From Scyliorhinus canicula (lineage: Eukaryota): a stretch of 64,000 nucleotides of DNA. Numbering within the stretch: the first letter of the stretch is position 1; each line of letters starts with the position of its first letter. Where the stretch lies: the NCBI RefSeq assembly GCF_902713615.1, contig NC_052154.1, positions 39,171,017 to 39,235,016 of the forward strand, read 5' to 3'. Made by a program: the position numbers and the translations under genes. The notes below the pieces were generated by a model. The model was not told the DNA's origin and ran no database searches. It saw only the letters and a list, made by a program, of their open reading frames with translations. Shown here piece after piece: positions 1 to 11,472 of the stretch.

Positions 1-437
1 TTTGTCAATTTTGACACTAACATCAAAATAAAAAAATATAGATTGAGGCATTGGTTTCTTTTAAAAGTAAACCATGGTTGATGGGAAACCAAAGTGGTGA
101 CCAAGAGTATGAAAAGCTCCAGAACATGATAGGCCAAACGAGAAACCAAAGCCATGCAGGATAATGGTAATTATGTTGCCGTGTAGAACAGATTACATTT
201 CTGAAATATTAGAACACACAAATATGCGATGTACCTACGTGTACCAAAGTCTGCTGTTATTCTAAGTTGGAAACTGTCAGGCATTATTGAAGGAATATTT
301 TAAAACATTATAAACAAAACAAACATCAGGAGAAACACCCAAGAAGGGAGTGTTTTCTTCATCATAAAACAGCATTGGGATAAAATAAAATTGGCAGAAA
401 GGAGGGGGTTAATCTGGAGTCTATTAATTGACAATTA

Positions 438-776
<339 letters not shown>

Positions 777-808
777 CTAATTCTCTATTATTGCTAAAAA
801 AAAACATG

Positions 809-844
809 CTGTTGAAGCTTTTCATCTTGTACTCGTCATAACAG
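809..844 (-). ncRNA. minimal type-I hammerhead ribozyme-like motif (degenerate) at the end of an old repeat (~796-1080)
   Basis: Minus strand reads CTGTT-ATGACGA-GTACAAGAT-GAAA-AGCTTC-AACAG: 5-bp stem I, CUGANGA-like box, GAAA, palindromic AAGCTT stem III. Confidence 0.55.
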
Positions 845-1079
845 GTGCAAGAATGCCAAAATTTAGAATATACTGGGAGAGAAAAGGATTCTGATTTGCT
901 GGCAAGTCAACATTGACTGGTAAATACATTGCCATGGAGAATGCATGAGGGAACTATTGTCCCCACATTGTTGGTTAATTTTTTAAAAAGGTGAAATGGC
1001 TGGACAAGTTCCTTTTGCCTACAGAGGAAAAGTCCCTGCGTATGAATATGTGTTGCTTCCAGCAGGCGTTAATTGAGCT

Positions 1080-1356
1080 CCGTTACTGCCAATAGGTACT
1101 TTTAAAGTATAGTCACTGATGTAGTATTGGGAATGAGCAACCAATTGCAGGCAGCAATATGCCACAAACAGCAATGTGATAATGATGAGATACTTTGTTC
1201 CAGCAATGCGACTTGAAGGATAAATATTGGCCAGAGTTCCCCTGCCCTACTTTGAAAAGGCAGATGAGGTCTTTGGATGAACTGATAAACAAAAACACAA
1301 TTCCAAAAGTGCAATACTCTCTCATATTGCACTGAAGTGTGCTCAAGACTGGAGTA
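1080..1356 (-). mobile_element. Deu-domain SINE (AmnSINE1/SacSINE1-like) fragment
   Basis: Reverse complement matches the Deu-domain motifs ttatcacattgctgtttgtgg...cagtgacta and ggccaatatttatcc. Confidence 0.7.
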
Positions 1357-1364
1357 AGGCTCAA

Positions 1365-1662
1365 AATGGTAGCACAGTGGTTAGCACTGTTGCTTCACAC
1401 GTCAGGGACCCAGGTTCGATTCCCAGCTTGGATCACTGTCTGCGGGGAGTCTTCAGGTTCTCCCAGTGTCTGCGTGGGTTTCCTCCGGGTGCTCTGGTTT
1501 CCTCACACAAGTCCTGAAAGACGTGCTTGTTAGGTGAATTGGACATTCTGAATTCTCACTTAGTGTATCCGACCAGGAACCGCAGTGTGGCAACTAGGAG
1601 ATTTTCACAGTAACTTTATTGCGTTAATGTAAGCCTACTTGTGGCACTAATAAAAATTATTA
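1365..1662 (+). mobile_element. tRNA-derived V-SINE, 'type B' tail (…cctacttgtgacaataa-like)
   Basis: A/B boxes (tagcacagtgg, ggttcgattcc) and V-domain gtctgcgtgggtttcctccgggtgctc. Same family at 25263, 53971 and 55435. Confidence 0.85.
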
Positions 1663-1967
1663 AAATGTGAAGAGTCTATCAACTTGTCTATACTTTCCGT
1701 TACAAATTTGAAATAAATTTATTTCAGCCTAAATCTTTTGTTGGTATGAACATTTAATGGCTATATTTTCATGGTCCTTGTATTTTATTAGTCTGTGCTA
1801 ACCAAGTTATATTACTGGTCAACCAGTTGATAAAGAAAAGCTAAAATCTATCAGGTGCAAGGGTGATGATTAGTGACCTTCCCTTTTCAGGTCTAATTGA
1901 GACATTTGCCTTATTGCACTCAACATGGTTGAGTGGAACTTGTGTTGCTGGCTGGTAGCATGCTCAT

Positions 1968-4750
1968 GAGGTAGTGGTATAGTGGAATTGTCACTTGACT
2001 GGTGATCCAGAGACCCAGGGTAATACTCTGGGGGCCAGGGTTCAAATGCTGCCATCGCAGATGGTGGAAATTGAATCCAATAAATATCTGGAATGAAAAG
2101 TCTAATGATGACCATGAAACTATTGTCGATTGTGCTAAAAAACCCAGCTGGTTCACTAATGTCCTTTCGGGAAGAAAATTTGAAGTCCTCACTTGGTCTG
2201 TCTACATGTGATTCCAAATCCACAGCAATGTGGTTGACCCTTAAATGCACTCTGAAAAGACCTAGTAAGCCACTCAGCTGTAACAAAACTGCCACAAAGT
2301 CTAAAAGGAACAAACCAGGACTGACCACCTGGCATCAACAACACAAACCCAATCCTCTGGGGGCTTGTGCCAAAATTGGGACAGCTGTCTCACAGACTCA
2401 AGCCAGCAGCAGCCTTATATAGTCATATTCAAGGATTCATACTTTACAGATAACATCCCAGACACTACTAGCACCAGCCCAGGGTATGTCCTGTTCCCTC
2501 AGAGGTGACAGAACAGTGGTATAGTCGGGAGGGAGTTCCCCTGGGAGTCCTCAACACCAACTCTGGACCACATAAAGTCTTATAGCTTCAGGTCAAACAT
2601 GGGCAAGGAAATGTCCTACTGATTACCATGTAACATCCACCGTCAGCTGATGAATCAGTACTCCTCCATGTTGAACCCCACGTGGAGGAAGCACTGAGGG
2701 TGGCAAGGACACAGAATGTACTCTGGGTAGGAGACTTCTATGTCCATCACGAAGAGTGGCTGGTAATACCACTCCTGACCAAGCTGGCCATGTCCTAAAG
2801 GACCCTGCTAGACTGGGTCTGTGACAGGTGGTGAGGGAACCAAGAGGGAAAAACATACTAGATCTCATCCTCACCAACCTGCCTGCCGCAGATGCATCTG
2901 TCCATGACAGTATCAAAAGGAGTGACCAGCACACATTCCTTGTGGAGACGAAATCCTGTCTTCACATTGAGGATACCATCAATCGTGTTGTGTGGCACTA
3001 CCATCGTGCTAAATGGGATAGATTCAGGACAGATCTAGCATCTCAAGACTGGGTATCCATGAGGCACTGTAGGTCATCAGCAGCAGCATAACTGTATTCA
3101 GCCACAATCTGTAACCCCAAGGCCCAATATATCCCCCAGTCTACCATTATCCCTGAAAACAGGCTGACAAGACCCATAGGGCTCGAAAAGAAACTGCCAA
3201 ATGAAGCCCTGGCTGAATTGATATTGACCGTCTGCAAGAGCACTCATGTCAACACAAACTATATGGATTTTGTGATTACCCACTCACGTTTACACAAAAG
3301 AACAAAACCATGCTATGAATATGAAACTAACTTCGAGACACAGGTGATCAACTTTGCAGCAGGACGAATGATAGACAAAAGAAGCCATAATGGCTCCGTA
3401 ATGGGCTAATAACTGGTCAGACAAGTGTTTCAGAGGACAATGGATAGTGATTGAATCACCCTGGCTGATTAACGAGTTTAAGTACAGATCGGACAATAGA
3501 ACTCAAGCCAGGTATGGGCATATACCTATCATTCAGTGCAAGCAGAACCAGTATAAAAGAAGGAACATAGGAACAAATCTTCAGCAATAACCTGGGAGTC
3601 CTCCAGGCACAGACGTTACAAGGAGGAGGAGCCTTGGGTTCCCAGCCCACAGAAGATATCCACATTGAGTGATCGTAGCTTCGCCAGCCTCCTTCACTAA
3701 GTATGGGTAATACCTAGAGCTCAGCTGTGAGTCTGAGCCATATTTTGTGAATGAGATAATTGTGAATAAAATTGCGTTAAACCGTAAACTTATATGTCTC
3801 CTTTGTTCATCTCACAAAGAAGAGCACCTGGATAAAACGTTCAAGTAATAAACTGGTCGAAGTGTCTGCAGATTTTACAGACAACAAACCAAATCAGGGG
3901 ATCCAACCCTGGTTCAACGAAGAGTACAGGAGGACATGCCTGGAGTAGCACCAGGCACACGGAAAATTAGGTGCCAAGCTGGTGAAGTTACAGCACAGGA
4001 ATACTTGCACGCCAAACAACATAAGCAGCAAGTGATAGACAAAGCGAAGCAATCCCACAACCAACGGATCAGATCTCAACTCTGCAGTCCTGCCATACCC
4101 AGTCAGGGCAATTAAACAACTCACTGGAGGAGGAGGTTCCACAGATATCTCCATCCTCAATAATGGAGGAGCTCAAAACATCTGTTCAAAAGACAATGCT
4201 GAAGCATTTACAATAATCTTCAGCCAGAAGTGCTGAGTGAATGCTCCATCTTGGTCTCTTCCAGTGGTCCCCAGCATCACAGATGTCAGTCTTCAGCCAA
4301 TTTGATTCACTCCACATGATATCAAGAAACGGCTGAAGGCACTGGATATGGGCTTTGTCAATATTCCGGCAATAGTACTGAAGATTTGAGCTCCAGAAGA
4401 TGCCGTAGCCCTAATCAAGCTGTTCCAGTACAGCTAGAACACTGGTATCTACCCACGATGTGGAAAAATTCCTATAGTATGTCCTGTACAAAAAAAGCAG
4501 GACAAATCCAACCTGGCCAATTCCTGCCTGATCAGTATATTCTCAATCATCGGTAAAGTGATTGAAGGGGTCATCATCAGTGCTATCAAGTGGCACTTAC
4601 TTATCAGTAGCCTCCTCACTAGTGCTTAGTTTGGCTTCTGTCAGGGTCACTCAGCTCCTGACCTCATTACAGCCTTGGTTCAAACATGGACAAAACAGCT
4701 GAACACCAGAGGGGAAGTGAGAGTGGCTGCCCTTGACATCAAGGCAACAT
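1968..4750 (+). mobile_element. decayed CR1/L2-group LINE (APE endonuclease + 5' RT) with a tRNA-like 5' head, interrupted at 3154-3886
   Basis: WGLVPKLG...PYIVI (~2358), REPRGKNILDLILTN..SDQH (ORF 2828), KKQDKSN and FGFCQGHSAPDL..VAALDIK (4490-4745). Many stops. Confidence 0.8.
3154..3886 (+). mobile_element. probable solo LTR inserted in the LINE
   Basis: TG...CA ends, TATA-like gtataaaa at 3551, AATAAA at ~3765 and ~3847. LINE sequence resumes across it. TSD not clean. Confidence 0.5.
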
Positions 4751-4756
4751 TTTATT

Positions 4757-4958
4757 GGCAGCACAGTGGCGCAGTGGTTAGCACTGTTGCCTCAGGGCGA
4801 TGAGGTCCCAGGTTCGATCCCGGCTCTGGGTCACTGTCCGTGTGGAGTTTGCACATTCTCTCTGTGTCTGCGTGGGTTCCACCCCAACAACCCAAAGATG
4901 TGCAGGCTAGGTGGACTGGCCATGCTAAATTGCTCCTTAATTGGAAAAACTAAAAAAT
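4757..4958 (+). mobile_element. short A-tailed V-SINE ('type A')
   Basis: tRNA head, shortened V-domain, ending ttaattggaaaa. Confidence 0.8.
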
Positions 4959-5099
4959 ATATATGTTGTTTTGGGGAAAGTGTATTCACGGAGTTTAGGA
5001 ATGTAGATAGATTTAGATTGGAGGGGGTAATTAAATGGGTAATGGGTAGCCATTACAGTATTGCAGTTAATTGTAAATGTTGTTCCTGACTGTTACCTT

Positions 5100-6600
5100 T
5101 CTAGTTTCATAAACTATGTTTCATAAACATTTTGCTATTTGGATAATTTCTAACATGATTGACCCCTTTCCTCACTGGGTTTCATCGCTTATCTTCCAAG
5201 TCGCAAAAAGAAGTTGTTCAGAACCAATTTATCTATAGGATTCAGGATGCCCTCGCAATGAAGATCAACAGGATTCATAGCAGCATGACAACACATACAA
5301 TAAGGCTCCAAGTTCATGCTCCCAAAATCAATGTTCTATGGTTGCTTCTACAAATATTACTTTTAGAAGGTAAAGAGGGTTTAAGGAAGAAAAGAAAGCA
5401 ACCAAAGAATTAGCCAACCTGTCCACACAAGTTATTGAATGTGTCAGAGCTATGGCCTGCAGTTCTAGGGACATTAATGATCTGGAATAAGGAACTGAAG
5501 GCATTGTTGCTAAGTTTGCAGATGATACAAAGATCTGTAAAGGAACAGGTAGTATTGAGGAAACAAGGGGGCTGCAGAAAGATTTGGACAGGCTAGGAGA
5601 GTGGGTAATGAAGTGGCAGATGAAATACAATGTGGAAAGTGTGAGTTCTGCACTTTGAAAGGAGGAATTTAGGCATAGACTATTTTCTAAATGGGGAAAT
5701 GCTTAGAAACACAAGGAGACTTGGGAGTCCTTGTTCACAATTCTCTTAAGGTTAACGTGCAGGTTCAGTCGGCAGTTAGGAAGGCAAATGCAATGTTAGC
5801 ATTCATGTCAAGAGGGCTAGAATACAAGACCAGGGTGGTACTTCTGAGGCTGTAAGGTTCTGGTCAGACCCCATTTGGAGTATTGTGAGCAGTTGTGGGC
5901 CCCGTATCTAAGGAAAGATGTGCTGGCCTTGCAAAGGGTCCAAAGGAGGTCCACAAGAATGATCCCTGGATTGAACAGCTTGTTGTATGAGGAACGGTGA
6001 GGATTCTGGGTCTGTACTCGTTGGAGTTTAGAAGGATGAGGGGGGGGATCTCATTGAAATTTACAGGATACTGCAAAACCCGGATAGAGTGGACGTGTAG
6101 AGGATGTTTTCACTTGTAGGAAAAACTAGAAGCAGAGGACACAATCTCAGACTAAAGGGACAATCCTTTAAAACAGAGATGAAGAGGAATTTTTTCAGCC
6201 AGAGGGTGGTGAATCTATGGAACACTTTGCTGCAGAAGGCTGTGGAGGCCAAATCACTGAGTGTAGACAGAGATAGATAGGTTCTTGATTACTAAAGGGA
6301 TCAGGAGTTATGAGGAGAAGGCAGGAGAATAATGATGAGAGAAATATGAGCCATAATTGAATGGCAGAGCAGATTCGATGGGCCGAGTTGCCTAATTCTG
6401 CTTCTACGTCTTATGGACAAGGAAAGTGACTTTCAGTGTCACTGCCATCTCCCTCCACATGGCAGGAGGCATTTTTAAAAATTTCCTCCAATGAAGACAC
6501 AATCACAATCTCTCTGCTTTGCTGAATCTCATTGAGAAGACCCTGTAACTCAGTCTCATTGAAATGATGAAGTCTTATTTTCTGCCTAGTAATGTCCTTC
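5100..6600. mobile_element. PIF/Harbinger transposon remnant (Myb/SANT-like ORF on minus, split by a CR1)
   Basis: Minus 6590-6425: RLHHFNETELQGLLNEIQQSRE...WREMAV, resuming below 5470 as PRTAGHSSDTFNNL. Weak transposase-like LTPF...LQ on plus at 5159-5350. Confidence 0.5.
5474..6414 (+). mobile_element. CR1 (HER1-like) LINE 3' fragment
   Basis: KFADDTK, RPHLEYC, LGLYSLEFRR motifs and CR1 3' tail; flanked by GGACA direct repeats. Confidence 0.9.
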
Positions 6601-7060
6601 TTTGGCTAACTATACTAGATATTCTGGTGGAAGATATTATTTAAAATTGGGACAAAGAACAAGAAACTATCAAGTTGAGCTATGTGATTCCAGTCAACTC
6701 AGTGACCCAAACATTCTGCTATTTGTATCCTATTCCCTGAGCTTTCTGCTGCATATTTCAGCCATACATGTCATTTGCATTCAAATACCTAACACATCAC
6801 TCTATTATACAGGCTTTGCACTACCAAGCCACTAAGGCTAAATGTGGTACCAACAAAATTTTAGTGGGTGAGTATTTTAGAGCACTGCAGGTCCAAGTAC
6901 TGATTCAGGGGTGCAAAGTCAAACACATATATAGCCTTGTGGAACTTTGGGACTGCAGCCCAAGTACTATTTTTCTGCTAATCTGCAATGCACTGCTAAA
7001 GGACAGACAGGGTATAGTCACAGCAAGTCAAAGCATCTGGTGCAGTTTAGTTTGTCATAC

Positions 7061-7164
7061 CACTCTCTGCTGCTTATAGCACCAAAGCTCTCACGCTGCT
7101 GATGAAGCTGCTTATTCTCTCTCACCACCTCTTCCACTCGAGCTCTGAAATTCTTCATTTCCTT
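7061..7164 (-). CDS. CEP89: CEP89 coding exon (104 nt, KEMKNFRARVEEVVRENKQLHQQRESFGAISSRE(W))
   Basis: tcacag| ... |gtatg. Similar to CEP89 [22 protein letters not shown]. Confidence 0.95.
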
Positions 7165-7419
7165 CTGTGAATGAATAGATAAATAGAGATCAGGTAAAGC
7201 AATCACAAATAACTAAAGACAGAAAAGTAATAAAGAAACTTTCCCTCAAATAAACATCTGCTTGATTCCTAAGTAGGATTTAATCCGTATCAAATGTTTG
7301 GCAATGCTAATATTTGTTGATTTAAAATAATATATATTGAAACAATTTATATTTATGATGGATTCTCCTGTTACTTTGACAGTTGAATGTTCAGAAAAAA
7401 AAGTTTACAGTCGAGGTTG

Positions 7420-8120
7420 ATGTCGTCTCATGTGTGACGTTAGACCAAGTCTCATTTTTCCGAACTAATTGCAAATACTGTATTTAAAGTCAGCGTTTGA
7501 GGGATGTTTGGATGCATTGGTTTTGCGCCACATTCAGTTGTCCTGAAGGCTATGTTCTCTTCAAATGTCAAAATCACTTGGGTAATGTCCAAGAATATTT
7601 TTCCCCCCTCGTATATTGGGATCTTGGTTACAATCTCTGAGGTTGACTTTCAGATTGTCTTCTTATCCAAGTTTGGGATGTCCTGTGGTGCAGGTTCCCA
7701 TGCTCAGCTGGCTGTAGAGTACTACCTTTGTATGCAGGAATTCTCTATTTGAACCACATGACCAACTCAACAAAGTTGAGCTCTGATGAGCATGCTCGAG
7801 ATGCCAAGTGTGCAGCATTATGCACCTTGGTGTTGGGGATTTTGTTGTGCCATCTGATGTTGCAAATAGATCGCAGACAGCGAGAGTGGAACCCTTCTAG
7901 CTGCTTTATGGGATGCCAGTAGGTTATCCAAGTTTTCCACACATAAAGAAGTGGTGTGAGAACCACTGCCTGGTTGACTTTGATCTTTGTTCTGAGACAA
8001 ACTTCACACTCTTCCCAAAGTCTGTGAATGAGCATTCCAAACACTGAGCATATTTTTGCCAGGTGACGTTTTGTTTTGTTATCCAACGTAGTGTTATTAG
8101 AGAGGACACTCCTTATATTT
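7420..8120 (-). mobile_element. RTE-clade (BovB-like) LINE 3' fragment
   Basis: RTKIKVNQAVVLTPLLY.W.TW..Y...IKQLEGFHSRCLRSICNIRW (ORF 7745-8221), typical RTE C-terminus. Confidence 0.8.
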
Positions 8121-8204
8121 CCAATATCAGTGATTATAATCCCAGCCAAACTCATATCCAAACTCCAAAACCTAGGAGCTGGCTCCTCTCTCTGCAACTG
8201 GAAC

Positions 8205-9246
8205 ACGATTTCCTGACCCATAGACTACAATCAGTAAGGATAAACAATGATGCCTCTTCCACTATAATCCTCAATACCGAGGCCGTGCATGGCTGCGTAC
8301 TTAGCCTCCACCTATACGCCTTATACACACATGACTGTGGCAAAATTCAGCTCCAACTCCATCTACAAGTTTGCTGATGACAGGATTGTAGTGGGTCCAA
8401 TCTCAAACAATGGTGAGTCAGAGTACAGGAGGGAGATAGAGAACCTAGTGACATGGTGCAACAATAACAATCTCTCCCTCAATATCAACAAAACTAAGGA
8501 GCTGGTCATCACTTCAGGAAGCAAAGTATCGTACACACGCCTGCTGCATCAATGATGTCGAGGTGGAGATGGTTGACAGCTTCAAATTCCTGGATGTGCA
8601 CATCGCCACATTATGTCTTGGTTCGCCCACATCAACTCTACGCCCAAGAAAGCACAGCAGTGCTTATACTTCTTCCGGAAACTAAGGAAATGTGGCATGT
8701 CCACATTGACTCTTACCAATGTTTACAGATGCACCATAGAAAGCATCCTATCTGGCGGCATCACAGCCTGGTATGGGAACTGCTCAGCCCAAGTCCGTAA
8801 GAAACTACAGAGAGTCATGAACACAGCCCAGTCCATCACGTGAATCCGTCTCCCATCCATGGACTCTGTCTACACTTCCTGCTGCCTTGGGAAAGCGGGC
8901 AGCATAATCAAAGACCCCTCCCACCCAGGTTATTCTCTCTTCCATCAGGCAGGAGATACAAAAGTCGAAGAACATGCACTAACACGTTCAAAAACAGCTT
9001 CTTCCCCAACGTTTCCAGACTCCTGAAATACCCTCTTATGGACTGAACGGATCCCTCTTACGCATCTTCTCTACTGTTGCTAGCACTATACTCCATATGC
9101 TTCACCCGATGTCTATGTCTATGTATTTACATTGTGTATTTATCATATGTTCTATGTTTTTTTTATGCATGGAACGATCTGCCTGGACTGTATGCAGAAT
9201 AATACTTTTCACAGTACCTCGGTACACATGACAATAAATCTAAATC
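8205..9246 (+). mobile_element. Rex1/Babar LINE 3' fragment
   Basis: KFADD, WCNNNNLSLNINKTKELV, KKAQQCLYFFRKL, YRCTIESIL; tail gacaataaatctaaatc. Confidence 0.88.
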
Positions 9247-9850
9247 TTTTTACAAGCATCCATCCTTTAACATATTACATTTCACAAAGGTGGAAACAAC
9301 ATCAGGAAGTAGTAAGAAAAATTAGTCATGTTACCTGAACAGTTAGGTTGAGAGATTTTTAAAAAATTATTGAGAGAAAGGTAACAAGGGAGGTTTACTT
9401 TCCAGAATGAAGGACTCAGAAGGTAAATGGCTCTGCCATTGATGGTAGAATGGAAAGAGGAGCTGGAAAAGAGGACAGAGTCAGAAGAGTGGAGGACATG
9501 TGTAGGCCTGCAGAAGGTTACATAGATGGGGATGCACAAGTCTATGAAAGAAATTATAAACAAAGACAATAATTAATGCTAATACTTAATATTCAATTTA
9601 CAGGGGAACAAAAAGCCAACAGAGGTTAATGAGGACAGAAGTGTCAGGAAGTGTAATTTACTGTGAGACATGTTGGGGTGGGAACGTTCTGAAGATAATT
9701 GGGAGTCTACACAATATGGAACATAAGAAGTCAATGAGTCAAATCTGGATGGGACATGGGGAAGAGGCAGGGGTGTGGTGTGTTGAGGAAAAGCATTATT
9801 GATATGACAATGTGACCTGACGGAAGAAGCCATTGCAGATGATGTGTTAC

Positions 9851-10022
9851 ATAGAACCTAGAACGACACAGCGCAGTACAGGCCCTTCGGCCCTCGATGT
9901 TGCACCGACATGGAAAAAAAAACTAAAGGCCATCTAACCTACACTATGCCCTTATCATCCATATGCTTATCCAATAAACTTTTAAATGCCCTCAATGTTG
10001 GCGAGTTCACTACTGTTGCAAG
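9851..10022 (-). mobile_element. CR1/HER1 3'-tail fragment
   Basis: Reverse complement of gggccgaagggcctgt...ctgtg..ttcta tail. Confidence 0.7.
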
Positions 10023-11321
10023 ACTACTGTTGGCTATTACATTAACCAAAATGTGTGTTGTCCAATTTGAGTATTAACGTGGCTCATCCACATTGGGGCT
10101 TACTCCGTAATTTACCACTTCAAAAGGAAAAAGCCTTGTTGATTGGATACAGGGGCTTAAGGTATCCAACTTTAAATCTTGATATCGCCAAGCATGGAGT
10201 ATAACCCAAAGGTACTATTAACTGAATTATTTCTGCATAGCTAGTGTTACAAGGACCTATCCTTAGGTACATCATCGGACTGTGCCGTCATCTCATTTAA
10301 ATAAATAGGACATGCATCCACCACCAAGAATGAAACCAAGAAGGTGTTTACAAACCATATACAAAATTGTCCCAACTAATTTGAATGCCACACAGTACCT
10401 GGTCCTCTGGGGTTCAGGTGCTGATAGGTGCCATCTCCACCCTGAGATTATACAATACTCATTACTGTTCCACGTCTGATCTTTTGCTTCGGGTAATTTC
10501 TCCCAGGAAGGCCTTTATGTACGATACTTGTCTCCATATATTTGTAAACGTTCAAATGACAAAGATATCGCGAATCTGGAGACAAGCTGGGTGAAGTTCT
10601 TGTACATTTTAATTCCCAGGAAAGGCATGGGGCTGTTGTTATCTTCTGTCCACTTTCCTCGCAAGGCCATTACTAATCCGAACAATTTTTTGATCGGTGT
10701 GCCTCGGGTCAGTTCCATTAATTAATTTTTCAGGTGCTGGTATTTTTGATGCTTCTCGGCCCAGGCTTTCTCCAACGAGTTGTTGTTTAACCTGGTACCA
10801 TGTCACATCCATGACCAACTCTCCTTTCAGCCAAATTTGGAGATCAACTGCTGTAACTGGTTCAGGATGTTGTGTCTTTTGATTCAGGTGTTTTTGATGA
10901 ATGGGCCGCCCCGGAGATATGCACCAGGGACCTGAAATGGCCTCACATCTCCTACACAATTTTATGGTGTTTAGGTGCCCCGTGTCAATGTTGGCCTGGT
11001 GGGGTAAAAGTTGCAATGGAAAAGACCATTGATTAGTCTTGTCTATTTGATTTGTAATAGGTTTTCAGCCAGGTGTTTGACATATAGTCGTTACCATAGT
11101 GTTCCTTGCATTGGAGCTTGGTCCACTTGATGAATTCAACCTCTCTCCATGCTGCATATTTATTTACAGGTTTTGGATTTAGAGACTGTGTGATGCCTGC
11201 TCATTACATACCCAGGATCATATGTATCTTGAGGATTTGAATCCTTTGGATAGGTTATAGTTCAGCTCCTTTCAGACTCATTTCCAATTCCAGTCACCTC
11301 GTAGCCAGGGTCAATTCTCGC

Positions 11322-11392
11322 TTCCAGGTACTTTTCCGTATCTCCAAGTGGTGTGTTTCCCAGGTACTTTCTGTATTTCCAAATGGTGTGTA
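11322..11392. repeat. two-copy tandem repeat (~35 bp)
   Basis: ttccaggtacttttccgtatctccaagtggtgtgt / ttcccaggtactttctgtatttccaaatggtgtgt. Confidence 0.75.
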
Positions 11393-11472
11393 AATTATAG
11401 GGCTGCATCTGAATTGCTAGTACTCCCTGTAGTTATATAGGTAGGTCTTCCCTTGATGTATAAAGTGGAAAC

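Noticed and set aside
1365-1430. tRNA-like sequences here and at other SINE heads as tRNA genes
   Set aside because: Each continues into a SINE body and tail; no complete cloverleaf with a terminator is evident.
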